From NCBI RefSeq assembly GCF_006345805.1, contig NC_043010.1, forward strand, positions 3,968,001-4,032,000: a DNA stretch of 64,000 nucleotides, given 5' to 3'. The notes under the pieces are model-generated. The model saw only the letters and a program-made list of their open reading frames with translations. It made no database searches and was not told the origin of the DNA. The translations under genes were made by a program, and so were the position numbers. This DNA is from Octopus sinensis. Lineage: Eukaryota. How positions within the stretch are numbered: position 1 is the stretch's first letter; each line of letters opens with the position of its first letter. This document shows positions 12,805 to 26,719 of this stretch, in pieces.

Positions 12805-14047
12805 ACTAAATGTCGGAGGGGGATGAGATAAACTACCTCCATCAAGTCGCTATAAAAGCAGGTAGTAATTTTACCTTGTGCTTATTCTTAGTACAAGTTT
12901 TCAAGAGTGCAGTTCGATTTTAACAGTTATTTTTTCAAAGCTATAATGGAAGTTACAAAGGAGCATATTCGGTATACTTTGCTATATGAGTTCAATAAAG
13001 GCAACAATGCAATGGAAAGTGTGAGGAATATTAATGCAATAAATGAGGATTGCACAATAAACATAAGCCAATGTCAATGGTGGTTCCAGGAATTCTGAGC
13101 CAGAAACCACAGCTTACAAGACAAGCCTCATCGTGGAAGATTTGTAGAGCTTGATGAAGATGTCCTGCAAACCCTGGTGAAACAAGATCCCATCATAACT
13201 GTTGAGGAACTAACTGAGAAGTTTGGATTTGGTCATTCAACCATTCATCGACACCTGCGTGCCATTGGAACGGTCAGTAAATTGGGTCAATGGGTTCCTG
13301 ACAAACTTTCCAAGTCTAATCACATGCAGAGAGTGAATGTGTGCTCTTCTTTGCTGTCATGTCTCATGAATGAACCTTTTTTGGACCGAATAGTGACTAG
13401 TGATGAGAAATGGGTTCTCTATAGAAATGTTAAGCACCAAAGGCAGTTGGTAGGGAAAGGAGAAACACTGATACCCCAGGTTAAAGAAGATCACCCATGT
13501 AAGGTATTATTATCTGTTTGGTGGGATATGAAAGATTTAATCCACTTTGAACATTTAAACCTATACCAAATGATAACAAAGGAGATCTACTGCGAGCAGC
13601 TTGAGTGGCTGCTGTCAGTGCTAGAAGAAAAATGACCATCATTGATTTCAAGACAAAAGGTGTTCTTTCATCAGGATAATGTTCAGCCACATACAGTGAG
13701 GATGACATCCCAAAGGCTGGAGCAGTTTGACTGAGAAATGATGCCCCATCCACCATATTCACCAGACATTGCCCCATCTGATTATCATTTATTCTGCAGT
13801 TTTCAAAATCATTTGGACGGAAAATATATGAATTCTACAGACGAGGTCAGAACAGTACTGGAGGTGTATTTTTGATCATGGACAAGTGAATTTTGGAAGA
13901 GGGGCCTTGCAAGTTTACCACATAGATGGAAGAACACTACAGAGAATGAAGGAGAGTATATTTCAGATTTAAAAAGAATTTTGTTTATTTAAATTTAAAA
14001 GATAAAAGCAGTATTAAAAAACCCACATTATTTATTGGATTACCCAA
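12805..14047 (+). mobile_element. Defective mariner (DD34D) transposon, 5' TIR missing
   Basis: KEHIRYTLLYEFNKG, WVPDKL (WVPHEL-like), IVTSDEKW, HQDNVQPH...HPPYSPDIAPSDY (34-residue spacing, internal stop); 3' end ttatttattggattacccaa-TA. Confidence 0.9.
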
Positions 14048-16197
14048 TATATATATATTCAGTTATGAATTTGAAGCAGTGCTAGTGTTGAAAAGTCACA
14101 AAAAATGGCAAAATATCGGTATCCATCACTCCTGAATGAGATTTGGAGTAAGTTGTATTCCCTGTCTTTGACATTCAGGTGTTTTAACACCCAGCACTTT
14201 GAGGGAGTCATCCCCACTGTGCTAAACAACAGTGCAGCAGCAAACAACCAAAACATATTCATTGAGAAATTAGTGGCCAAATTAAGTTATGCTCTTGAGC
14301 AATTTGTGCAAATTTGACTCAATGATCTGCCAAGACATACTACCGTTTTCAGGAGAGATATAAACATCTAGGTCATATATCAGAATGTACCAGCTTTAAG
14401 AGCTTGTATTAAAACCATAAATTACATTAGATATTCAGATGAAAGAAACAACACACTACTATCTGGGTGTACGCAGCACCTGAAAGATTACAATATTCCC
14501 ATTGTTTATGTCACATGTACCCCAGTGTTCAAATAACAACAGTCTCTTTAGTTATGAAAAATACTTCATCCTCACTAAAACAACAAATGCAATAAAAACA
14601 AGGCCAGAGTTACTAATTGTTGTAGCAGAAACAAATTTATCTTTCAAACCACAACAAAACAATAAATATAAGAACGAAAAAAAACTGTTTGACAATTATT
14701 CTGTACACAAGAACAAACTGGAAATAAATAAATCTGTCAAATTATGCTGATAAACTCAGAAGGAAATAGTTTTTTTAACAGCCATCCCATTCTGGGAAAT
14801 ATCTACGATAGAACACTCTAAACTGGAACTATGACTATGTTTGTATGTATATCCTGGCTATGACACTAAACTGCATCCATTAGTAAGACTCCAGTTCAGG
14901 AGATGCTGGAGCATGCATGCAGTCACCCCTTAATTACCATTACTTCCAAGTCTCTTCTGACCCAGTATGATAGAACTTGTCAGAGTTAAATATATTTCCC
15001 AGGGGTAGAGGAGGCTTTCATTATTTTTGACAAAGCCGTGGTGAAGGCAGCTCTTCTAGAATGAAGGTATTCTGACATAAAACTTACAGTCGACTTGGTA
15101 CCAGTCATCTTGCAGTGCTTGTCACTAGAGCTTACTGTGGCAACCAAGAAAGGGACAAAAGTATTGCACAGGCTTTTTGTCACTTGCATCTGTTCACTCT
15201 GTCTCATATACGTATATACATATATATATATATACATATATATATGAGACAAAGAAAATGATCATGTCGACCTATTATGCATTGATACCTTGCAGCTGAG
15301 ATGCTGTACCAACAATTATGGTGCATCACAGATGCAGATGTGTCTCGTCAGATGTCTTGTGAATCCCATTCCCTTGCTCTCATATTCTTATAAACTCTAT
15401 GGACGTAAAGGAATTCCCAAAGTAAATCCAGTAGCATATACAGCCATACTGTTGATGGACATAAGGTAGCGGAATACTGTCAACAGGCTTTAAACAGTAT
15501 ATCACAAGGTGTATAACCGAATATAAAATAATTTTTTTGATGTGACTCTCCTCTATACTGATTTGTCTCTCATCCTTTTCTCTAATTCCTTTTTTATCCC
15601 TTTCAACGTTTTCTATCTGTCTCTCTCTCTCTCCCTCTCTCTCTCTCTCTTCCCTTCTCTTTCTCGCTTTCTCTCTCTTGTTGCTTACATGTGACCATTG
15701 TCCATCTTTCTTTTCCTCACGTGATCATCTTTTCTTTTCTTTCAGGACTGTCCTAAGGACTGGACATATCCTATCTCTCTCTTCTATCTTTTCTTCTGTC
15801 AAACAAAATATTTCTTCAGTGTTCACTATCTTACACTCGTTCTGTTCTAACAACCCTCCATGTTTATTTTCAATCGCTTTCCTTTTATGTCTCCACTGTC
15901 CTGTTTTTGTTCCCAACTTTGACCCTCCATAAATCCCAGATTTTATTTTGGTACTTATGGGAGCAACTGTCTTCAAAGACTTGTATTGCCATTCAATGCC
16001 CGAAATGAGGAGCAGACAGACAGCCAACAATTGATGAAGGGTCGTTCTTTGTGTTACTTGTTCTGATTTCCATCTCTCGTTGTTTGCATATTGAACCATT
16101 TGTTTTTGTATTCATGTTGTTTACTGTTGGTGACGTCCTGCACCCATATATGCATATATATATATTTGTATGTGTGTGTATGTATGTATATATATAT

Positions 16198-16252
<55 letters not shown>

Positions 16253-16264
16253 GATATATAATAT

Positions 16265-16295
<31 letters not shown>

Positions 16296-16619
16296 TATAT
16301 ATACATATATATATATATGCATATATATATATACACCACATGTATACATATATAATATATTTGAATATATTTGGTGGGAAAGAGAGTGAAGGAGGACATG
16401 TATGACTTCATGACTACATAGCTTTGGGCTCAACCCTGCTTGTGGCACTTTGGGCAACCATTTCCTCAAGTAGCTAATAGCTGATGTATGCCTTGTTAGT
16501 GCAGAAGCTTGTTATATATATATATATTATATCTTATACACACAAGCACAAATACACACTTTACACTTACATTCATATATATGAATAACACATACAGTTA
16601 TTACATGTAGTTGCACACA

Positions 16620-16900
<281 letters not shown>

Positions 16901-17720
16901 AGAATAATCATCGCTACTATGTTTGTCATGAAGTCATGTTTTGTTAGTACTATCAAAAACTTGTTTGAAGGCAGAGAACTCACTGGTTTATTGAATGATG
17001 GAACTCTGTGTGCTAGTCTTCTGAGCACATAAATGTTTTGATTGCAGCTATCTTAGCATTACTGTCAGCTTAAATTCATATTTTTCATCATGAATACTCA
17101 TGATACTGATTGTGTTTTACAATAGAATGATTTTCAAGATTTTTAAGGTGACATAAATAGAAACTTTTTGATATTTTGTCTTTCCCAACAATATTAGCTG
17201 TTTAGAACATATAACTATTAAATAGACACATTCTAGTAGCGAGATTATGCTTCAGTGAAATATTGTTTGTACCATTCTTTATGGCTTCTGAAATGGTTAG
17301 CAAATCTTTTGCTCCCCTAAGTTGAGCAAATGTATATCAACTTATTCCATGCACAAAATAAAAGAACAAGACAATACTAATCAATATTATTACTCAACCA
17401 GTCCACTATAGTAAAGTTTGTTTTCCTCTGAACTCGACATTTTGCAGTAAACTGTGTAATGCATAGTTTAAGTCCTAATTATTTGGACACATTATACACA
17501 TTAAAGAGGAAATCACCATTTTGCTGCTTTATTCATTCGGCTAGCTCTATAGCATGGTGCTGTGGAGACAGAGATCATTTTGTAGGCACAATAGGAAGAG
17601 CAGACGAAAATGTAAAACATAAACTTTTGTATGAACTTTGATGTAAGTTTTATGCCATAAGTATTGCAGCCCACATTTCAAGGAACATGCCTAACTTTCA
17701 AAGTAGTTTAATTTTTTTAC

Positions 17721-18133
17721 CTCTTTTACCTCTTTTACTTGTTTCAGTCATTTGTCTGTGGCCATGCTGGAGCTCCGCCTTTAGTCGAGCAAATCGACCC
17801 CGGGACTAATTCTTTGTAAGCCCAGTACTTATTCTATCGGTCTCTTTTGCTGAACCGCTAAGTGACAGGGACGTAAACACACCAGCATCGGTTGTCAAGC
17901 AATGCTAGGGGGACAAACACAGACACACAAACACACACACATACATACATATATATATATACATATATATGACAGGCTTCTTTCAGTTTCCATCTACCAA
18001 ATCCACTCACAAGGCATCGGTCAGCCCAAGGCTATAGCAGAAGACACTTGCCCAAGATGCCACGCAGTGGGACTGAACCCGGAACCATGTGGCTGGTTAG
18101 CAAGCTACTTACCACACAGCCACTCCTGCGCCT
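17721..18133 (-). mobile_element. SINE family A, full length
   Basis: Head ggcgcaggagTGGCTGTGTGGtaag (A box), GGTTCAGTCCC (B box), internal TA/TG microsatellite, tandem tail. Confidence 0.9.
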
Positions 18134-20300
18134 ATCATATTTTTGCTTTAATATCTTACTTCTTTTTCAATTAAGTTCACAGATTTTCTTTGAAACAACA
18201 AAATAACACATTTGTATTCATTCCAAACGTCTGTGTATTGTATCAATGTTAGAAAACTTTATGAATTGACTAGATTTTTTTTTTTTCCACTGAAATTCCT
18301 GGCTAATTGCGGGAAGGCTGCAATATAGTTGATTCCTTGATTCCAATGTTGTATTAGCCCCTACCCCATGACTAAACCATCTAAAAAGTGTATTACTGGT
18401 AATAGCTTCATCAGCATTGCACAAATAATTGGTTAAGCTAACTGCAGTCGGATTTAGACTCAGAACACAAATGGGCAGAACTCCATCCTGCAATAACCCT
18501 TTTGGTGCTGCTGTGATCCAACCATATATGACACTTTGGTTGTGTAGATGTATTCCATCACATTCACAATTTCTTACACAAGTCTTCTTTATGGTTTAAA
18601 TCATTTTATTAAAATAAAAATTCTAACTACAATTGTAACCAAGATATAACAATGCAACTTTCAAATGAAACACAAGTGAATTGTCCATTTAATCTACTTC
18701 CTATTATTTTCACTTTACTTCCTATTCTATACAGATTACTTCATATATTTTCCAATTCATACTCAATAGTATTGAACACTTTTTTTTTCTAATTTGATTT
18801 CTTATTATATATTCTCAGTATATTATAAATAGAAATGTGTCCTTAAGGCTTCATTTCTTTTTAACATTGGAAATAATTTCAAGATTCTGTAGTGAAATAT
18901 CTGAACAGCGTGCTAACCACTATAATTATCCTGTTATTAGTTGTTAATCATGGCTTTAATTGTAGTATGGTGTAGAATTGGCAAAGTTATTACAGCGTTA
19001 GAGGGAATGTGTCAATAATATTTGTTCTGACTCTGCAGTCTCAATTCAAATCCTGCTGAGGTTAACTTTGCCTCTCATTCTTTTGGGGGTTGATAAAAAA
19101 TATACCTGTTTAAAGCAATGAATTGATAGAACTGATGGAAGGTCAGGCAAAATGCCTTGTGGTATCTGTTCTGGCTCTTTGTTTTCTGACAACAATGCCA
19201 GCAATAATACAAGTACCCAAAGTGTATTAAGTTTAAGCAATCACATTTCTCTTAGTACTACATTGATACGAAGAGGGAAGATTTGTATACTTGAGTAACT
19301 GTTAGTCTTCCTCAAGAAAAACTTTCATAAACCTGCACATACATATGCAGACACTTGGCCTGCCTTGTTTGACAGAGGTGTTATATTTTTAGTTTCACAA
19401 ATTTATTCATATATTTCAAGGTGATTGTACTTTCAGCGCTCCTTCTGTACTATGTCTGTTACTTCATAAGTTGAATAATAGAATGAGTGCTGAGTGGATA
19501 GGGTTTTAAGCTATCTGTTCATAGCTTGTGGGTGAGTGCACTTCAATTTTTTTGTTTGTTTTTACTTCTTGGGTGTAGAAGAAATAGCCATGGTGCTTTT
19601 GTAGCCAGACTAGTGAGACTCTGCCAAATGTTATACTTATTTATTAGCATCGTTTTCAATTAAGCATGCATTATTTCATAACTTTGAAATTTCAGTAATG
19701 TGATTGTTTATTTTTAAAATGATATTGTAGGGTAGGTGTGAGAGGCTAGATCTGGCTGGTTTGATCCTAAAATGAGGTAGAATATGGCCAACTTAAATGC
19801 CAAAGAGTTAATGTTCTGCTTGGAAGGAGGAAATAGAGGGTCAAAGATCTGATGAGAAAGGATTAGGTGGTTAGGAGTTAGGACCATGTTATTCAAAAAT
19901 ATTACTCATTACAAAACAGCATTCTGTCTAGTACCAGATTTTAAACTGTATGTTATGAAATCAAAGATAAGAAAGTATTTAACTTTTACATTTAATAAAA
20001 TTATCCAACTTGGTGTAATACCTGACAATTAAGAAAGACAAATTGCTCTAATTTTTCATCAAGGTGTAACTAAATTACATAGAACAAGTAGTGTGTAGAC
20101 TGAAAAATATCATCATTAGTGTGATGTAATTTCATGAAGATATTAATATCTAATTAGCATAAGACTGGACAGAAAGATGTGACTGCAGCAGAGTTGAGTA
20201 ATAAGTCATTTGTATGAGCTGTGATTTTTATGGTAGTGACATAGTAAAGGAGCTGGGTAAGACTGCATGTGTTACTGGACAAAACTAAACAATATAAAGA

Positions 20301-20700
20301 CTAGCAGTATCGCCCGGCGTTGCTCGGGTTTGTAAGGGAAATAACTATATAAGCATTTTTAGAGATGTAAAGTATAATAGCCATCACAATATGGCTAACC
20401 ACAAAGGGGGGGGGGGGCTACTGTAGCTTTTTACGTTCTGAGATTTAATAATAAATTTTTAGAGAGTTACTTCCCTTATATATGCCAAAAATGCATTAAA
20501 AATGGGAAAAATTGATGGTAAATTTTTTTTTTAAATCGTAGACTCATCGTAGACGTGCGCTAATACCCATAAGGGCTCGATATGAATCACGACTATAAGA
20601 TACCCGGTTTTGGTTAAACTGCACCGCAAAATGTAGGAGTAGTTAGGAATCTAAATCGTAGGAGACAGACAGCACACAACCTCACTTTTATATATAAAGA
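20301..20700 (-). mobile_element. Non-autonomous Helitron-like element
   Basis: Minus strand starts TC(tttatatataaaag), has a short (TGTC)n and ends with hairpin cccgagcaacgccggg followed by CTAG then T (20304-20300). Confidence 0.7.
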
Positions 20701-20974
20701 ATATCTAAGTATACTTTGTGAGAATTAAAAACAATGAAACTTCATAAAACTTATTTGAACAGCAACAATATTAATAGAATCAATACAGTTGCACATCATC
20801 TATAACATCATCTGTGGTACTAAGTCAAAACAGGAGAAAATGTTACCTAATGAATAGCAGCATTAAGAAATAGGAAGAAAGCATTGCTTACGAATAAAAT
20901 AGACATTCGGAAACAAATAAAACATTTAAAAAAGAATGAGGAATTAGATAATGACCAGGTATTGGAATGGCTGG

Positions 20975-21188
20975 GTACCAACCCGGCCAAAACTGCCTCT
21001 GGCTCTGTAGTACAAATGTCTTACTTTCATAAGTATTGAATTAAAATCTTCCACCAAACCTTAGTCACAATTTATGTTCCCAACACTAGCCTAATGATAA
21101 CTAAGTTCTTTTACTAAATTCCATGTTATAATTAAAATTAATTGAATGAAACACAGAGCATCTCAAAATAAATACGGTAACGAAAGGG
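20975..21188. mobile_element. Second copy of the piggyBac-type MITE in opposite orientation, one end eroded
   Basis: Reverse-complement match to 23245-23466; ends aaaggg-TTAA at 21188-21192. Confidence 0.75.
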
Positions 21189-21464
21189 TTAAGAAGGCAG
21201 TTTTTAATCTCATACCTTAACTCTTAAATCTAAATAAATGCCAGCTTCTTATCATTATGAAATATAGGTAAATATTATATTATGAAATATAATGCCAATA
21301 AAATAAATAACCCAATCATGTAAAGCGAGGAAATTTGTGCTTAAAGAACAAATATATACAGTTTTTGTATGTCCCACAAGGGGAATTGATGCTAGATGTG
21401 TCGAAACAATTGTTGTGATTGATAATATATTCTTGCATATTTCATTTTCTGTCTTTCATATATG

Positions 21465-21511
<47 letters not shown>

Positions 21512-21560
21512 ATATATATACCTATATATATATGTATATATATATATGTATATATATATA

Positions 21561-21604
<44 letters not shown>

Positions 21605-21677
21605 TATATATATATATATATAGATAGATAGATAGATATATACATAGATAGATATATATATATATATACATACATAC

Positions 21678-21729
<52 letters not shown>

Positions 21730-21744
21730 TAGATAGATCTTCAT

Positions 21745-21781
<37 letters not shown>

Positions 21782-22619
21782 GCTAACTAGGAGCAAATAT
21801 ATATTCTTTAAAATGACACCTATGATTATTAGGGCAAACGACTATGAAATGATACTGCCTTTAGTTAAAGAAATGTAACTACCAGAACTATGTTGTGTTC
21901 TTTAATACTAGCACTGCTAACAGATCCAAATAAGGAGAATGCATGTGACTACAAATGCAATGCCAAGATGATTCACCACCCTTACTATGTGGATAAGTTG
22001 AAACTATATGAAAAAGGGACAAAAACTAATTAGTGAGTTTTCTCCTGACAGTTAAAACATTCATTAAAGACTTATGAGGTGTACCGATTCCACCAAAAAT
22101 AAAAGAAGATTAACAAAAAAAAAAAAAACAACATTAAGAGTGATAAAGATCTAGAAATCAAAGAAGTTTTCTAGGAATACATACATAAATTAATTAAGAA
22201 TAAATGAGGCAGGCAATATCTAGCATATACAAATAAAGATAAGAATTATAAAAAACAAAAATTACTTGAGGTGCGTCAGATTAGTAATAGAAAGAATAAA
22301 TAAATAATTTTAAAAAATGGTGAAAGGTATATACATGCCAGCTATCCCAGTAATTAGCAACAATTTAAGTGTAATAAATTAGAAATTAAGCGATTCGAGA
22401 AACAGACATGAAAAACAAAGCAACTTCTAACAGAATTTTGAATATACCACTCTGAAACATACTGATGTTAAGTATTAACGATGCACACAAGGAAGGAAAG
22501 GACTTAGAGATTTGTGATAAAACAATTATGGTGAGACTAAGATAATATCTATTAGAAAATAAGGATTTTTCAGATTAATTAGAGAGCACAAAAAACATAA
22601 AGCAAAAGAAAAGAATTTC

Positions 22620-22665
<46 letters not shown>

Positions 22666-23244
22666 AGGAAATTCTTTTCATATATATATATGTATATATG
22701 AAGAAGCAATTAGGTACCACATAAAGGTTGGAAATGTACATGGAGCTGAGTATAAGAACAGCATACATGAGGGAAAAAATCAGAGAATATAAGAATATAG
22801 CATAGAATAGAGATGCAATAGAGGTGGCTGACTAAACCTCTATCTAATCAATATCTGGTAAATGACACATAAATGTGAAAAGAAGCTAAATCTGTTTTTC
22901 CATTGCTGGTGTAAATGTTTAGACTGAAGGTTTTATAATTGCAACACAACTTTAGAAACTACCTCCATAATACAACCAATGAAGTGAGTGAAAATAGATG
23001 TCTGATTGTGCTGTGAAGACTAGAAAACAATTGGACACGTTGTCTCAGGTTGTCCAGTTTTGACCAAGTAGGAAAATGTCCATAGATATGGGTAGTTATT
23101 CTCATTAGCAAAATACAAAGACAACACAATAAATGGTATGAAGAAATACTTATTAAAATATGACGATGTTCAAATCATACTTCTCTGGGATTTGCATGTG
23201 CAAAGGAGAAGAATGCTGAGATATTACTGTCAAAGACTGATTAA

Positions 23245-23466
23245 CCCTTTCATTACCATATTTCTGTTGAGATGCTCTGCGTTTCTTTCAATTAATTTTA
23301 AATATAACAAAGAATTTAGTAAAATAGCATAGTCATCATTAAGCTAGTGTTAGGAACATAAATTGTGACTAAGGTTTGGTGGAAGATTTTAATTCAGATC
23401 TTTTGAAAACAAGATATTTGTATTACAGAACCAGAGGCGGTTTCAGACGGGTTGGTATCAAAAGGG
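23245..23466. mobile_element. piggyBac-type MITE (222 bp)
   Basis: TTAA|CCCTTT ... AAAGGG|TTAA termini (TTAA at 23241-23244 and 23467-23470). Confidence 0.8.
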
Positions 23467-23694
23467 TTAAGGAAGAATAAATATGTTTTTATTGATATTT
23501 TAGCCCATTTTCATTAGAACATTAATTGGCAAGAGGTTGAAAAACATCATCAAAGTATAAGGACAGATTAGAAGAGTGACTAAATCATATACATAAGAGT
23601 AAAATATGGAGTATCCCATATGATAATTGTAATGTTAGGAGTAGTTAAAAAGAGTAAACCCCAACATTGGAATTCAGGAATTCTACAGCTTTTA

Positions 23695-23915
23695 TTCTTT
23701 TATTTGTTTCAGTCATTTGACTGCAGCTGTACCGGAATACTGCCTTAAAAGGTTCTTTTTAGTCAAAGAAATCAACCCCAGATCTTATTCTTTGTAAGCC
23801 TAGTACTTATTCTGTTGTTCTCTTTTGCTGAATCACTAAGTTACAATGACATAAACACACCAACACTGGTTGCCAAGCGATGGGGGTGGGGAGAGGCAAA
23901 CACATGCATAAAGAC

Positions 23916-24010
<95 letters not shown>

Positions 24011-24165
24011 CGAAGGGCTTCTTTCAGTTTATATCTACCAAACCCACTCACAAGGCTTTGGTTGCCCAAGGTAAAAGTAGAAGTCACCAAGGTGACATGC
24101 AGTGGGACTACACCCAGAGAGCCATATGGTTGAGTAGTAAGCTTCTTCCTATACAACCATACCTG
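23695..24165 (-). mobile_element. SINE family A, diverged, with expanded internal (CA)n
   Basis: Same module order as other copies. Confidence 0.8.
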
Positions 24166-25249
24166 TGCCTACTGGTAAATAGAAGACGAAAAAACTACAT
24201 GCAGTAGCCATTTTGCATGAAGTTCTCTTTGTAAATGTGTGTAAGCATTTATACATACACACACAACCTTGATTATAACTGGAGAATATAAGATTTAGCT
24301 AGTAGTGCATTAGAAACACAACAACTAATAATAATAATAATAATAATAATCCTTTCTACTATAGGCACAAGGCCTGAAATTTGGGGGAGGGGAATAGTTG
24401 ATAACATCAACCCCAGTACACAACTGTTACTTATTTTATTGACCCCGAAAGGATGAAAGGTTAAGTCAACCTCGGTGGAATTTGAACTCAAATCATAAGT
24501 TCAAATTCTGCCAAGATCAATTTTACCTTTCATCCTTTTGGGGTTGATAAAATAATAATAATAATAATAACAACAATAATAATAATAATAACAATAATAA
24601 TAATAATAATAACAATTGTTTCAAAATTTATCATGTGGCCAGCAGTTTTGAAGGAGAATGCTGGCTGGTGCCATTGATATCAATACTTCACTGGCATTAT
24701 ATTTTATTACCTCGTCCTTGAGGGTGAAAGGTGAAGTTGAATTCAGCAAGATTTGAACCCAGAATGTAAATAACCTGAGCAAGCACCACACGGTATTCTT
24801 CCAATGGTCTAAAACTTCTGCCAGCTTGCTGTCTTAATAATGATGATGACAAACTCTCTTGCTGACATATGAGTATTCACTTTTACTGAATGACCTGCAC
24901 AAAGGATTTGTTTATAGTAATCAAAAGCATGTGCTGTACATTAGCTTGCTCTCTTCGTCAAATCAGTGTTACCTGAACAGGTGCATGGTGTATCATGTGT
25001 CAGGTGCTGAGGTGATCGCAGAGCAATGAGGGAGAAAACGTTTTGCTCAAGAACATGGTGCACGGTCTAGGTACTGACCCTGAAAGGATGAAAGGCAAAG
25101 TTGACCTAGGCAGAATTTGAACTCAGAATGTAACTTCAGACGAAATACCGCTAAGCATTTCGCTCAGTGTGCTAACGATTCTGCCGAACTCTGAATATAA
25201 AGATGGAATGAATGTTACACAATAATTATTCTACCATCTTGTAACCTTA

Positions 25250-25464
25250 ATAATGATAATAATAATAATAATAATAATAAAAATAATAATAATAATGATA
25301 ATAAAAATAATAATATTAATAATAATAATAATAATAATAATAAAAATAATAATATTAAGAATAATAATAATAATAATGATAATAATAATAATAATGATAA
25401 TAATAATAATAATAACAATAATAATAATAATATTAATAATAATAATAATAATAAAAATAATAAT

Positions 25465-25505
<41 letters not shown>

Positions 25506-25583
25506 TAATAATAATAATAATAACAATAATAATAATAATATTAAGAATAATAATATAATAAAAATAATAATATTAATAATAAT

Positions 25584-25615
<32 letters not shown>

Positions 25616-26483
25616 TAAAAATAATAAAAATAATAATAATAATAATAATAAAAATAATAATATTAATAATAATAATAATAATAATAATAAAAATAATAAT
25701 ATTAAGAATAATAATAATAATAATGATAATATAATAATGATAATATAATAATAATAATAATAATAATAATATTAATAATAATAATAATAAAAATAATAAT
25801 ATTAATAATAATATAATAATAATATAATAATAAAAATAATAATAATATAATAATAATAACAATAATAATAATATATTAATAATAATAATAATAATAAAAA
25901 TAATAATATTAATAATAATATATAATAATAATAATAATAATAATATAATAATATTAATAATAATATAATGATAATAATAATAATAATAATGGCCCCGTGT
26001 CAGTGGCACGTAAAAGCACCATCCGTTCGTGTCCGTTGCCAGCATTGCCTGGCCCCGTGCTGGTGACACATAAAAACACCATCCGTTCGTGGCCGTTCGC
26101 CAGCTCTGTCTGGCACCTGTGCAGGTGGTACGTAAAAAAACACCACTACACTCGCGGAGTGGTTGGCGTTAGGAAGGGCATCCAGCCGTAGAAACACTGC
26201 CAAATCTGACTGGGCCTGATGAAGCCTTCCGGTTCACAGACCCCAGTTAAACCGTCCAACCCATGCTAGCATGGAAAGCGGACGCTAAATGATGATGATG
26301 ATGATGATGATGAATAATAATAATAATTATAATAATAATAATAATATTAATAATAATAATAATAATAATTATAATAATAATAATAATATTAATAATAATA
26401 ATAATAATAATAAAAATAATAAGAAGAATAAGAATAAGAATAAGAATAATAATAATAATAATAATATTAATAATAATAATAAT

Positions 26484-26518
<35 letters not shown>

Positions 26519-26540
26519 TAGCAACAACAATAATAATGAT
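25250..26540. repeat. Long interrupted (AAT)n array split by an RTE fragment
   Basis: (AAT)n with recurring AAA/ATT/GAT variants at 25250-25990 and 26312-26540. Confidence 0.95.
25991..26312 (+). mobile_element. RTE 3'-UTR fragment embedded in an (AAT)n array
   Basis: Same 62-bp module and 3' end as 12450-12803; (TGA)n tail. Confidence 0.8.
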
Positions 26541-26719
26541 AATTTCTTTTATTTGTTTCAGGAGAATCTGATGAGCAGGGAATATTATGAGGATAATTTA
26601 CAACTTGTGTAAGGATTAAGATGAAAATAAGAGGGGAAGAAAGGGATGGGAGGATAAGAGGAGTGATAAATGTATTTGTAGTGTACAAAGTATATGAAAT
26701 GAAGCTGTCCTCTTGATAC

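Noticed and set aside
14059-14750. Short ORFs in non-repetitive sequence
   Set aside because: No domain similarity or splice support visible; could be UTR or old TE.
15088-15134. 47-nt candidate minus-strand exon (ttggttgccacAG ... GTAAGT) as a downstream protocadherin exon
   Set aside because: Begins with TAA in phase 0, has no recognisable cytoplasmic motif, and such splice-like pairs arise by chance.
22100-22560. Possible decayed CR1-like LINE
   Set aside because: Only faint motif echoes in A-rich DNA; not supportable by eye.
25215-26069. 284-aa Leu/Ile ORF resembling a membrane protein
   Set aside because: Antisense reading of (AAT)n.
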